Shown here: piece after piece, positions 1 to 12,312 of the stretch
Position numbering within the stretch: the stretch's first letter is position 1
Layout of the letters: every line of letters starts with the position of its first letter
Source: Octopus sinensis
Lineage: Eukaryota
NCBI RefSeq assembly: GCF_006345805.1
Contig: NC_043004.1
Coordinates: forward strand, 77,872,001-77,936,000
Direction of reading: 5' to 3'
DNA length: 64,000 nucleotides
Position numbers and translations under genes: made by a program
The notes under the pieces: generated by a model
Seen by the model: the letters and a program-made list of their open reading frames with translations, nothing else
Told to the model about the DNA's origin: nothing
Database searches by the model: none

Positions 1-360
1 TATCTTGGCAACTCTAAGGTATTGAGTTATAAGTAAATGCATGTGTGTGTGTGTGTGTGTGTCAGTGTATGCAGTTGTGCATGTAGTATGTAAATGTATG
101 ATGATGATGATGTATGTGGGAGTGTGTCTTATTCTCTGGTCAGATCCCCAGGGTTTGCAAACATACACAGTCTATGGTAAATGACACTTGCAACTAGCAT
201 CATTCAGATATTATGGAGAAAACCAGAAAGGCATCAGAAATTACAAAATCAAAAGAGAACACTGCATATACACAAGATCCACAAAGAGATAATAATAATA
301 ATAAAAATAATAATAATAATGATAATAATAATAAAAATATTAATCATCATCGTTGTCATC

Positions 361-802
361 ATCCTTTCTACTAAAGGCATATGGTTGGAAATTATTGGGG
401 AGGAGATTAGTTGAGTACATCAACCCCAGTACATAACTGGTACTTAATTTTATCGGCCCCGAAAGGATGAAAGGCAAAGTCGATCTCAGTGGAATTTGAA
501 CACAAAGCATAGTGACGTACGAAATACTGCAGAGCATTTTACCTGGCATGCTAACGACTCTACCAGCTCACCACCTTACTTTTAATAATCCTCTCTACTA
601 AAGGCACAAAGGCCTGAAATTTGTGGGGAGGGACTAGTCAGTTACATCAACCCCAGTGTTTTACTGGTATTTAATTTATTGACCCTGAAAGGATGAAAAG
701 CAAAGTCAACCTCGGTGGAATTTGACCCAGAAAGTAGCAACGGGTGAAATACTGCTAAGCATTTCATCCAGTGTGCTAACGACTCTACCAGGTCACCGCC
801 TT
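361..802 (-). mobile_element. Two tandem copies of tRNA-derived SINE family A (361-578, 588-802)
   Basis: Head ggcggcgagctggcagaa.cgttagca..gagttcaaattcc, core gcctttcatcctttcggggtcgataaa.taagtaccag, tail gcct..agtagaaaggat; recurs throughout the window. Confidence 0.85.
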
Positions 803-810
803 ATTATTGA

Positions 811-1250
811 TGATAATTAATTCGTTTATTGGCCACAAGGGCTTACATAAAATTACATTAAAACACATAAAAGATAAAAGTAGGACGATACAATGGGTTT
901 TACGTGTAAATAATATAATAACAATTAAAACTAAACAATTTAAAACTCCCAATAGGGGAGGCACATTAAGGACCCCGTGAAAAAACCCACAAAAGTCACA
1001 GGTGCCTGAACAACAGGGCAAGAGCCCTTCTCCTTTTGTTTACAGGTGCATGCTCAGAATTGGTCCTTTCACACTGGGCATTCTTCCAACATTCATCCAC
1101 CTTTCAATAAGGTTTCCCCTTTTCCACTCTTATTGCCTTCCCCTCCTGGCCATAAGGGAGCAGTTTGCGTATTGTATTCTTTTGCAATAAGTTTCACTTG
1201 AGAAGGAAGATGAGGGTGGAGAGGGAAGTTTCAAAATTTTCCACAACAAT
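811..1250 (-). mobile_element. 3-prime end of an L1/Tx1-like LINE (decayed)
   Basis: Minus frame ends IRVEKG..LIERWMNVGRMPSVKGPILSMHL*, followed by a T-rich UTR and AATAAA near 827. Confidence 0.5.
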
Positions 1251-1435
1251 TTTGGGGGAGGGGATAAGTCAATTACATCGACCCCAGTATTTCACTGGTA
1301 CTTAATTAATCAACCCCAAAAGGATGAAAGGCAAAGTCAACCTTGGTGGGATTTGAACTCAGAATGTAAAAGATAAATGAAATGCCACTTAGCATTTTGT
1401 CCAGCATGCTAAGGATTCTGCCAGCTTGTCACCTT
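1251..1435 (-). mobile_element. SINE family A
   Basis: Same head and core motifs. Confidence 0.8.
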
Positions 1436-1752
1436 TATGATGATGATGGTGATGATGATGATATTATTATTCCGTCAATGCATTAATAAAGTAATCTTGG
1501 AATGGTATAAAAGAACAAAAAGTAGTTGAAGAATGAGATGTTTCCATGTTGGTTTGGCCATTGTTTCCAATGACAACAGTCAGTGCTCTCTTTTTCTTTT
1601 TTTTACTTTGTTTTTGTTTTTGGATATTTTTTTTTCTATTCAGGATTTGTGTAATTGTTAAAGAGAAATGAACAGCAGACTCTCCACAAGGACCACCACC
1701 ACCACCATCACCAGGTTAAACTGTAGTGATGATAGCCATTTCCAGACATCTC

Positions 1753-1818
<66 letters not shown>

Positions 1819-2111
1819 GAGAAGGATGTGTAGAACCATTCATCCATCCATCCTTCAAGTCATGCATGAATACAGACAGAAATTACATACATATCTCACC
1901 TTACATAGGTACACACACACACACACACACATTTCATGACATACACATATATAAACTCTATCTAAAGTTTAAGCCTGTCAGAGAGAAAGAGACAAAGAGA
2001 CAGACAGACATGTTAACAAAGCACAAAATTTTAAAATTGTTCTGATATGTTGTTGACAGATGCCATTGTCAACTAAGGAAGGCAGTGTCTATCTGTCCGT
2101 ATGTCTGTCTG

Positions 2112-2144
<33 letters not shown>

Positions 2145-2327
2145 GTTGGCAAATGAAATAGGGATAAGAATGTGCATTGTCCGTTTAATTGGAAAATTCT
2201 ATATGTGGCTGAAGATTGCTCGACATTTTAAAACCGATGTAATACTTTCAGTGTTTAATAAAATGAAGTAGCATGAAACAATTGTACTACTCTACCTTGG
2301 ATATCCTTGTTGCTTATTTTGATTATC

Positions 2328-2359
<32 letters not shown>

Positions 2360-2559
2360 CACACACAGACAGGGAGAGAGATAGATGGGTAGATAGATAG
2401 ATATACATACATACAGACAGACAGATAGATAGGTAAATTTGGTAGTAGAATCAGGACAAATAGACCTCAAAACACGAGTATACATTTTATATTTTATTCT
2501 TAATCAGCAGAAGTTACAAAGTGACTCAAAGACTGAGAGTTTCATGCATTGGCACTTAC

Positions 2560-2592
2560 CAAACTTTTGGCCCTTGGGTCAAGCTGTAACTT
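2560..2592 (-). CDS. Candidate 33-nt frame-preserving microexon (KLQLDPRAKSL in phase 0)
   Basis: Acceptor ttctttgttggcag, donor TTG|gtaagt; length is a multiple of 3 and open in phase 0. Confidence 0.45.
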
Positions 2593-2668
2593 CTGCCAAC
2601 AAAGAATTATATACATATATACTTGCATATTGCACACATATATGCATGTGTGTGTGCATGTATGTATG

Positions 2669-2726
<58 letters not shown>

Positions 2727-3024
2727 AGTGTATATTTGTGCTGTGTGTATGTGTGTACATTTATCTATATATTTTTAATGTATTATGGAGAGATAGAAAG
2801 ACAAACAGATTGACAGACAGACAGAGAGAAAGACAAACAGATGGAGGGCAGAAGAGGAAAAAGAAAAAGAGAAAGTAAATGACGAAGGAAGGAATTAAAA
2901 AAAAAAAAGTTTTATGGTTTGATTTTAGCTTTGTAAATGTAAGACAAGAATACATGCACCAAACAGATGGACAGATAGACAGACTGATAACTAGACAGAC
3001 AGACAGGCAGGCAGATATATATAT

Positions 3025-3080
<56 letters not shown>

Positions 3081-3524
3081 TACACAGATAGATAGACAGA
3101 TAGACAGACATCATCATCAACAAGAGAACAACAACTAGCTAGAAAGTAATACACGTAAGTTTTCTTCGTCCCTACATATATGTATGTATATACATACATA
3201 TACATACATACTGACACGCGCTCACATATAAATAGTGTAATTAATCCTGACAAGCGCTGGAATTAACAAGCTAGAGGTATATATATTATACATACTTACA
3301 TATTGGCTGGTGATCTGTTCACTATACATTCACTTAGACAAAATGCACACCAATTCCCTCAACTCTCTCCCTATCTCTCTCTCTCTTTCAATCTTTCCCC
3401 TTTTTCTTCAATAAGGAGCATGCATGCATTTGTATGTAGATCTCCCTATATCTTACTTTCTTCAATTAGTGCAAACATACCTCGTAATCAGTGTTTTTCT
3501 CTCTGTGAATGAACGAAAGTATCT

Positions 3525-3609
3525 ATCTATCTATCTTTCTGTCTGTCTCTTAATCTATACGTTCAACTGCATTTTTTTCCAATCTACTACCTATATTCTA
3601 ACAAATACC

Positions 3610-3648
<39 letters not shown>

Positions 3649-3701
3649 CATATCTATTTATCTATCTATCTACATATCTATCTATCTACCTATCTATCTA
3701 C

Positions 3702-3740
<39 letters not shown>

Positions 3741-3813
3741 CTTATCTATCTATCTATCTATCTACTTATCTATCTATCTATCTATCTACTTATCTACCTA
3801 TCTATCTATCTAC

Positions 3814-3890
<77 letters not shown>

Positions 3891-3900
3891 AACCTACCTA
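3525..3900. repeat. (TATC)n microsatellite
   Basis: Long, interrupted tetranucleotide run. Confidence 0.95.
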
Positions 3901-4316
3901 CCCCTTTGCCTATATCTACCAAGCAAATCTACCTACCTATTTGTCTAACTACCTAGCTACCTATGTATCTACCTTTCTTTCTACCGCAGGTATACCGCTT
4001 TAATATTTACCTATACATATTTGTAGAGACGCATGTTCCAGCGATTCTCTCTCTCTCTCTCCCCAAGACAAAGGCACACAACACTATTCTTCTAGTTGCA
4101 AGGAAAACAAAAAACGAACGAACGAACAAAGCAAATAAAATCACAAAAGATGCTGAAGAGTGTTCGCCTCTAAACTAGAAACAAGCATCTGTTTGCCGAA
4201 GAGATACCAAAGAGATACCGGTTCTTAAGTGGACATGATCGGCAAGAGGCGGAGGAGGAGGAGACGATAGATAGCAAAGAAGGAAGCAATTAGTAATAAC
4301 AACAATAATGATAATA

Positions 4317-4360
<44 letters not shown>

Positions 4361-4445
4361 AGTAAAGAAAGAGACGAGAGCAGAAGATAAGAAAATAAAT
4401 ATATTTGTGTATCGTTGGTATTGAGAGACGGGAAGAGAGACTTAC

Positions 4446-4522
4446 CCTTGCAAACATATCACCGAGGCAAAGTTAGAGGCGAGCAGACAACGATAATCAT
4501 AGAGATGTAGGAATGAAGAAAT
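4446..4522 (-). CDS. Candidate 77-nt exon; either start exon MFAR (ATG 4457, phase 0) or an open phase 0 to 2 exon
   Basis: Long pyrimidine tract then ttttgtttacaag acceptor; donor AGG|gtaagt at 4445. Confidence 0.35.
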
Positions 4523-4541
4523 CTTGTAAACAAAAGCCAGA

Positions 4542-4544
<3 letters not shown>

Positions 4545-4579
<35 letters not shown>

Positions 4580-4872
4580 GAAAGAAAGATACGTTGATGG
4601 CCAGAGAGGGAAATGAAGAAGGAAGAGAGAGAGAGAGAGAAGTGGGGGAAAGGGAGATAGAGTGAGAGAGAGAGGGAAGGATGAAACAGAGAGGGAGGGG
4701 GGCGAGTGGGAATAAATAAATAAATATACGGGATGAAGGTAATAACGATATAAAGACGAAAATAAGAGTAATTAATTGGGTAGAAGTAAGGACAGGTAAG
4801 GAAAGATGTGAAGAAGAAGAAGGCGAGGAGGAGGAGGGAAGAGAAAAGAGCGAGAGGGAATAGAGAAGAGAG

Positions 4873-4904
<32 letters not shown>

Positions 4905-4934
4905 AGAGAGAGAGAGAGAAGAGAGAGAGAGAGA

Positions 4935-4965
<31 letters not shown>

Positions 4966-5040
4966 GAAAGGAAAGATCGATGGAGAGGAGGAATAGAGAG
5001 AGAGAGAGAGAGGAGAGAGAGAAGGGGGTGTCGAAGGGGA
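4545..5040. repeat. (GA)-rich polypurine tract
   Basis: Compound GA/GAGAA repeats. Confidence 0.9.
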
Positions 5041-5084
5041 AACTCAAATTTAAAAAAAAGTAATATAAACAAAAGATTATGTTA

Positions 5085-5300
5085 AATAAGCCGCTGCACC
5101 ATCGCCGCCACCATCGCCACTGTCCTATTGCAGAGATGGGGGGGAGGGTTACACATTAATATGATCCGTAACACCTCTCTCACGTAAGCCTCCCCTCTCA
5201 CCCCACCACCACCTTTTATTGCTGGTTGTCATCCTCTCCACCACCATCGCCGCCGCCGCCGCCGTCGTCCCCGTCCCCACCACCTTCACTTCCGCTGTCT
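5085..5300. promoter_or_regulatory. Locally CpG/GC-enriched segment, possible internal promoter or 5-prime region
   Basis: (CGC)n/(CAC)n runs and many CpGs against an AT-rich background; flanked by a long GA-rich tract and the candidate first exons. Confidence 0.25.
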
Positions 5301-5359
5301 CAGATTCATTTGGCTCATCTTGCTGTGGCCTGCGACTGTCATCTCCATCACTTTGGCAG

Positions 5360-5398
<39 letters not shown>

Positions 5399-5418
5399 GA
5401 ACTGTGGCAGCTGCTTAC

Positions 5419-5448
5419 CTGCACTACACCACTGTGACAGCACAACAT
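5419..5448 (-). CDS. Candidate alternative first coding exon (MLCCHSGVVQ), phase 0
   Basis: ATG at 5448 with A at -3 and an in-frame upstream stop; consensus donor CAG|gtaagc at 5418. No homology evidence. Confidence 0.3.
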
Positions 5449-5537
5449 CGTCACAGCTACTAGAACAACAACAACAACAACATCAAACTACAACAGCCTG
5501 TCTTTGGCCATGTTTAGTTTTCTTGAACTAAATTTCA

Positions 5538-5571
<34 letters not shown>

Positions 5572-6649
5572 ACACACACACACACACACACACGTACACA
5601 CACACACACACACACAGAACGAGTGTGTTTGTCAAACGTCACAGAATCAGAAGACATGCACGAAACATTAAACCTTATTTAACACATTCAATTACATACG
5701 CGTGTACACATATTGCGAACACATACACAGACACACACACACACACACACGCATGCATGCTGACATAAATGCATGCACGCTCACACAAACTCAGCTGATA
5801 TTAAGTTGCATGCTTGCATCTGCTTCTACACCATATGCGCAAATGCAGGCAAAGGGTTCGTTTTAACCAAAGCTTTAAGTGTGTGTGTAAGTGTGAGAAT
5901 TTATGCAACGCCTGTCTGTGATGTGAGTGCAAAAACAGAAGGACACACACACATGTATAAATACATATAAGGCCATACAGATGCACACATACATATATGT
6001 GGGCACACACATATATGAATGTACCATTATGTTATCTTGTAAACCCTTCAATGCAGTGTTGAAGGAAATCATCTGAATATCAATGGCAGTTTCATTGATC
6101 TGTTATTGAACAACAAAGAACACAAAGAAAATGTGGGTAGAGGGGGAGGAAGGGGAGGAGGAACTGAGAGATGATGAGACCAGCAGCAGCAGCACCACCA
6201 CCGCCACCACCTCCACCACCGTTACCAGCGGCCAGTGGAGAGGAAATGATTTCGTTTGATGTGGCCAAGAAAAGTTGATTAGAAATAAAGGAAGTACAAG
6301 ATGCGGGGCAAAAAGAGGGACTTGTTGAAGACCTGCTTTGGGTAATCATTTAAACAAGGTTCTTCACTGAAGAAATTGTCAGATCACAGAAAAGAATGGG
6401 TTAACAGGTAAATATCAAACCAACAGGTGACGTTCACTTGAAAGAAGAATCAGACACTTGTTAGGAATCTAAAAGAGATTTAGACCCTTTCATAGCAACA
6501 TTCTTGAAACCAACCCTGTTTCTGTGTCATAAACCTTTTGCTTTAAGATGCTCCAAATTAAAACATTTCACAAAAATTTACATCCCAAATACCATTTTTA
6601 ATATGGCAATTTCATTTTACTAAAGTCTTCATTATTTTTCTAAATTAAT

Positions 6650-6907
6650 TGTCGCTTCACTGGCACCTGTGCCGGTGGCACGTGTAAAAAGATTTGAGCG
6701 AGGTCGTTGCCAGTACTGCCTGATTGGCCCCCGTGCCGGTGGCACATAAAAAGTACCCACTACACTCTCGGAGTGGTTGGCATTAGGAAGGGCATCCAGC
6801 TGCCAGATCAAGATTGGAACCTGGTGCAGCCATCTGGTTCGCCAGCCCTCAGTCAAAATCATCCAACCCATGCTAGCATGGAAACCAGACGTTAAACGAT
6901 GATGATG
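6650..6907 (+). mobile_element. RTE 3-prime-UTR-derived repeat with (ATG)n tail
   Basis: Homologous to the UTR of 43930-44520; ends gacgttaaacgatgatgatg. Confidence 0.8.
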
Positions 6908-7074
6908 AAAACTGTTTTTCAGCAGAAATATGGTAAGAAAAGGGTCAAAGTGATCGAAATTAAACACTTGTATCAAAATTTTATCTTAATTTATGTCCTA
7001 AACCCCAGTTTAATAATGACAAGTAATAAATTATTATTTTCAAAATTAATTGAAAGAAAGATTGTTCAGTGCCA

Positions 7075-7410
7075 TTATGTGTCACCTTGGGCAAATGTCT
7101 TCTACTACAACCTCAGGCCGACCAAAGCTTTGTGAGTGGATTTGGTAGACGGAAACTGAAAGAAGCCTGTCATATGTGTGTATGCGTGTGTGTGTTTGTC
7201 TTTGTCCTTCCTCCACCACTGCTTGACAACAGGTGTTGACATGTTTATATCCCTGTACTTAGCAGCTTAGCAAAAGAGATCAATAAAATAAGTATCAAGC
7301 TTAAAATAGAAATAAGTATAGGGGTCAATTCATTTGACTAAAATTATTCAAGGTGGTGCCCCAGCATGGCCACAGTCTAATATCTGAAGCAAGTGAAAAA
7401 TAAAGAGAAA
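7075..7410 (+). mobile_element. tRNA-derived SINE family B (5-prime truncated)
   Basis: ccttgggcaa.tgtcttctactat.gcct..ggccgaccaaagccttgtgagtggatttggtagacggaaactgaaagaagcc..(GT)n..ccagcatggccacagtctaat. Confidence 0.85.
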
Positions 7411-7867
7411 AAAAAAAGATTGCAACAGGAATATAGAAAGAGAAGGGTTAAGGGGACACTTGGGGTTGTTTAGAGTTGGCAAGGAGAGTATAAGAATGTT
7501 CATGGGAGAGAGGGAGAGAGAGGAAATGTGAGAAAAACTGCACAATGAAGAAGGCAGTAAGTAGATGGGTGCGTGTGCAATAGAAATGGTTGGGCAGGAA
7601 GAGATTTGATTAAAAGAATGAGGAGCAAAAATATACCAGAGAGAAAATTAGGTAAAAAGGTGGAAAACCAAAAAGCAAGGTTAAGCATGGAAACAAAAGA
7701 GAAAGAAAAAATGGCCAACAGTTAATGAGGAGAACAAAAATAATGGTGACATTTGAAAGCACAAATGCAGTTATAAAAGACATTCTCTTAAGAACAAATA
7801 AAAAGATTTTGATTAAAGTAAAATTTCAAAAAAAAAAGAAAGAAAATTGCTCTTCCTTTATACTAAC

Positions 7868-8125
7868 ATTTTTTTTTTATCTATGGACCCCCACAACCAT
7901 TCAATGTTTTTAAATGAGTTTTATAGAAACTTCTTTCAAAATTCCTATTTAGCTTTTCACACATTCACTTGTGTAGGTTGAACTATGTAAAATGTTAGAG
8001 AAAGAAATTTAGCTGTTTCTTGCAAAACACACAACTAGAGCAAAACATTTTCATGGATCCTTAAACTACCGTGGGTCCTCAGTTTGCTGTTTTGTTTCCA
8101 TGGACCCTGGTTGACAACCACTACT
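7868..8125. mobile_element. Partial hAT-like MITE of the same family
   Basis: ..atggaccctggttgacaaccact end and atggacccc motif. Confidence 0.5.
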
Positions 8126-9877
8126 TCACTGGCAAAGAATACTGTGTGAAACTTAGAAAAAAAAAGAAAAAAAGAAAAATGTTTTAAACCTAAGAACATT
8201 TATTTTGCTATCAGTTAATCAAGGTTCCCTAAATATATTTAGGGATTATTTGGGATTATTAATAGCTTAGTCACAGAGAAGATTATCATCAGAAATGTCT
8301 AACCAGATTAGCCAACCCTATTGTTTGAATTAATCCTAACATTGATTGTGGTATTGTGTTATATAGTGTCTGCTAATGTTTAAGATGGATGTATTTGATA
8401 TACATGAAATAGCTGTCATGGACCTCAAACAGGAGGGTGATGTATATACACTTGAGATAGTTCCATAGATAGATATACACAGACAAAGCTGTCTGGTTCA
8501 GAAGCTTGCTTCTCCAACACATTGTTTTGGGTTCATTCTCAGTGTGTGGCACCTTGGGTGTCTTCTACCACAGCTCCGGACTGACCAAAGCCTTGTGAGT
8601 GAATTTGGGAGGCAGGAACTTAAAATAAACATCATCATCATTGTCATTCGACATCTGTCTTCCATGCATAGCAAAGGTTGGAAGCCTTTTATATATTTGC
8701 AGGCCACGTAAAAGTACCTATTACACTCTTGGAGTGGTTGGCATTAGGAAGGGCATCCAGCTGTAAAAAACTATGCCAAATCAGACTGGAATCTGATGCA
8801 GCCCAGTCAAACCGTCCAATCCATGCCATCATAGACAATGGATGTTAAATGATGATGATGATAATGAGGATGTGTATGATGAGATTCTTTGTCAGGTTTA
8901 CAGAAAATATGCATTTCAGTCCTGTAGGTAGTCTTCAACTTTTCTTTAATCCAAGAGATTTTTTTCATCCTGAAATTCTACATGCAACTTATAGCTCTAT
9001 CTACTTCAAGTTCCACCATCAAACGAAAATTATATCAAAACAGAAGACTGGAAATTGTGATGATAACACCTAATGACAGTAGAATTTCTTCTACCAATAC
9101 ACTTATTTGTGAATAGTTATGGTTCTAGAGACCAACTAACAGGATTCATGAAGCATTGACACTGGAGCTATAATTTGTACAAAGGTTATTTGGTTCAGGC
9201 ACTTAAATCTGAGAGGCCCAGTCCACTGAGCTTCTGGTAGATATGACTTACTTTTCTAAGTGATACCTGTGAGCATTCCAAACACATCCATCAAACTAGT
9301 ATGAAGACAAAAGCCAGGTTATTATTTTTTGCTATGGAATAAGTAAGAATGTTATTTACAACCGTTTTCATGAACAACTGCCCAGAGATGTAAATATTTT
9401 ATCTAATTTCCAGACAAATGGAAACCAAAAAACAAAATCTATGCTAAACAACTACAGAATTACAGATTTGTATTTTCGTCATAAATTCTAATTTATTTCT
9501 TTTATTATCTTTGCTATAGAAACATAGAGACAAGGAAATGCAGAGGCTTTTTTATGGCAAAAGAGAAAACAAGCAGATAGATTGTGTTGCTTAAATTTAT
9601 GTCTTTCATTGCTAAAGAATCTATAAAGTATATCAGAGTCTGTGAAATATTTGAGGTCACTCACCGTTTTTTGTCCAACTGCAGCAACAGTCAGTCACTC
9701 ACTGCATATACAATCACTGGCAGAGATTTGGACACAAAGTGCTTGACACCAGAAAGATTCCTACAAGTTTTTAGTTTTCTTCACAACACCTGATATTCTA
9801 AAGCTATTTCCACATCCACATGTGTACATCATGTGTATGTGTATGTACATATATATGTGTGTATGTACATATATATA

Positions 9878-10294
9878 TATATTATTCAAAGGAATTCCAA
9901 CTCTATTTTTTATGTTTTATTTATATTCTTTATAATATTAATATAGGATTTAGAATATATAGTATAAATAGTATATATAGTAAAATGAAATGAAGTATTG
10001 ATTGTCTTATTGAATAGATGATATATTGAACATCAAATATTAGGGGACAAGTATACTTTCTTGCATTTAAACAGTCTTCAAGGTCCCAGGTGTGACAGGA
10101 GTGTTTCAACTGTGAAACACTCCTGTCACAACCTGGGACCTTGAAGACTGCTCCAATGCAAAAAAGTATACTAGTCCCCTAATATTTGATATTCAATATT
10201 TCATCTATTCAATAAGACAATCAATACCTCATTTCATTTTACTATAAATAAAACATAAAAAACAGACAGAGTTGGAATTCCTTTGAATAATATA
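9878..10294. repeat. Long fold-back (inverted repeat), 4-nt spacer at 10109-10112
   Basis: Arms of about 180 matched bp, with a ~50-bp insertion in the left arm. Confidence 0.9.
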
Positions 10295-10328
10295 TATCCC
10301 TCTATACACAATCATACAAACCCCTTTG

Positions 10329-10359
<31 letters not shown>

Positions 10360-10379
10360 GTTATATGTTATAATAATAA

Positions 10380-10755
10380 CGATAAAATTATATTCATTGG
10401 TAAGCAAGCTACTTACCACACAGCCATATATATATATGATGGGTTTCTGTCAGTTTCCGTCTACCAAATCCATTCAAAAGGCTTTGGTTGGCCTGAGGCT
10501 ATAGTAGAGGACACTTGCCCAAGGTGCCACGCAGTGGGACTGAATCCAGAACTATGTGGTTGGTAAGCAAGTTACTTATCACACAGCCATATATATATAT
10601 GATGGGCTTCTGTCAGTTTCTGTCTACCAAATCCATTCAAAAGACTTTGGTTGGCCTGAGGCTATAGTAGAGGACACTTGCCCAAGGTGCCACGCAGTAG
10701 GACTGAACCTGGAACCTTGTGGTTGGGAAGCAATTTTCTTACCACACAGCCACAA
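10380..10755 (-). mobile_element. Two tandem short SINE B copies
   Basis: Head plus body repeated twice, each ending in (AT)n. Confidence 0.85.
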
Positions 10756-11004
10756 ACAGCAACTGAAGTCACTTTATGTGAGAAAATGAAATACAAATGT
10801 ATTTGAGCGGAAAGAATAATTATTCATTCATACAAAAATACAATTTGAACAAATGTAAGGGAAGCTAGAAGCACCCAGAAATAATCTGGGGTCAAATACA
10901 GTTCAAATATATTATTATGATGATGACTCATAATCGGAGATTTTTATCAAACCCTTTCTGGCAGCTTGAGTGAATAAAGGGGCTGCTTGTCTTTTGTGAT
11001 TTGA

Positions 11005-11365
11005 TTGTGTGGTAAGAAGCTTGCTTCAAAACCACATGGTTCTGGGTTCAGTCCTACTGCGTGGCACCTCTTCTATTATAGCCTCTGGCTGACGAAAGCC
11101 TTGTCAGTGGATTTCGTAGACGGAAACTGTGAGAAACCCATTATGTGTTCATGTGTGTGTGTGTGTGAGTGTGTTCCCAACCTGCCATTTGACAACTGGT
11201 GTTGGTGTGTCTACATACCTGTAACTTAGTAGTTTGGCAAAAGTGACTGATAGAATAAGTACAGGACCAATAGACTAAGTATTGGGGGGTAATTTATACA
11301 ACTAAAAATTCTTCAAGGTGGTGTCCCAGCATGGCCACAGTCTAATGACTGGTAACAAGTGAAAG
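11005..11365 (+). mobile_element. SINE family B, full length
   Basis: Head tgtgtggtaagaagcttgcttc..ggttctgggttcagtcc.actgcgtggcacc. Confidence 0.85.
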
Positions 11366-11637
11366 TCACAAAATATTTATAATGAAGAAATAAAACAAAG
11401 GCATAAAAATATCTGAATTTAATTATTATTTACAAAGGGATGATGATGATGATGATGATGATAATGATGGTGGTGATGATGATAGTGACGATGATGGTGG
11501 TTTTTATAGCATTTAATTTTAATTTCTTTATTTGAATAATGTTTAAATATTGATTTCTAACCATATAGACAGCCACAGATTTTGGGGTTAGGTAGAGGTA
11601 CTTTTATCAACTAGTACTTAACAACAACAAGAAAAAT

Positions 11638-11830
11638 TCTTTCTAATCTTGGAACAAGGCCAACCGTTTTGAGGTAAGGGAGGTGGCTAATCGATTACAT
11701 CAACCCCAGTATATGACTGGTACTTATTTTATCAACCCTTGAAAAGACAAAAGGCAAAGTTGACCCCAGAAGAAATGCTGCTAGATATTTTGTCTGACCT
11801 ATTAACAATTTTACCGATTCATTGCCTTAA
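11638..11830 (-). mobile_element. SINE family A (degenerate)
   Basis: Core and tail motifs present. Confidence 0.7.
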
Positions 11831-11889
11831 CAACAACAACAACAACTATATTAAATAATAATAATAATGATAATAATAATAATAATCCA

Positions 11890-12169
11890 TTGCTCTATAT
11901 TTTAGAGATTAGGAATTCTGTACAATGTTTACATTGGACGGATATTTGTCCTCATCTTGTTTGTTGTTACCACAAAACATTTCAGCTGATTTACTCTCCA
12001 GCTTTCATCAGATGTCCTGGTAGAATTTTAAACTCAACCCTGGGTTCTCATTCTTAATGAATCTTTGCTGATGTTATTATTATTACTGTTTATTCAAGGT
12101 ACTGCCTGGAATTGAACTTGCAATCTTGGGATTAGTAGCCCACGCTCTTAACCATTACGCTATATGCCC
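11890..12169 (-). mobile_element. tRNA-headed SINE-like element with an (AAT)n linker and a hammerhead-containing tail
   Basis: Head at 12169-12091 has an A box (TAGCGTAATGG) and B box (GTTCAATTCC); the tail is homologous to 63410-63565. Confidence 0.6.
11971..12017 (-). ncRNA. Minimal hammerhead motif, stem I partly decayed
   Basis: Minus strand: ggacau-CUGAUGA-A-AGCUG-gagaguaaau-CAGCU-GAA-AUGU-U-uugug. Core intact; first pair of stem I is U.U. Confidence 0.55.
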
Positions 12170-12175
12170 ATGGGC

Positions 12176-12312
12176 TACCTGGAATTGAACTTGCAATCTT
12201 GGGGTTAGTAGCCCGTGCTCTTAACCATTATGCTATATGCCCAGCATAATGGTAAAGAGTGTGGGCTACTAACCCCAAGACTGTGAGTTCAATTCCAGGC
12301 AGTACCTTGAAT
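12176..12312. repeat. Two extra copies of the tRNA-like head arranged head-to-head (fold-back)
   Basis: 12176-12242 on minus and 12243-12312 on plus are near reverse complements. Confidence 0.8.

Noticed and set aside
4497-5072. 191-aa Leu/Ser-rich ORF and the opposing Arg/Glu-rich ORF
   Set aside because: Artefact of the (GA)n polypurine tract.
6092-6349. 85-aa ORF with poly-Gly/Ala, and plus-strand poly-Pro frames
   Set aside because: Trinucleotide-repeat driven, short, no recognisable domain, and no splice sites fitting the frame.
9665-9789. Minus-strand exon-like unit with a GTGAGT donor
   Set aside because: Stops in all three frames and a purine-rich acceptor; not supportable without RNA data.
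12091-12312. Functional tRNA genes (apparent ACT anticodon)
   Set aside because: No matching acceptor-stem 3-prime strand; A/B boxes are embedded in a repeat, so these are SINE heads.
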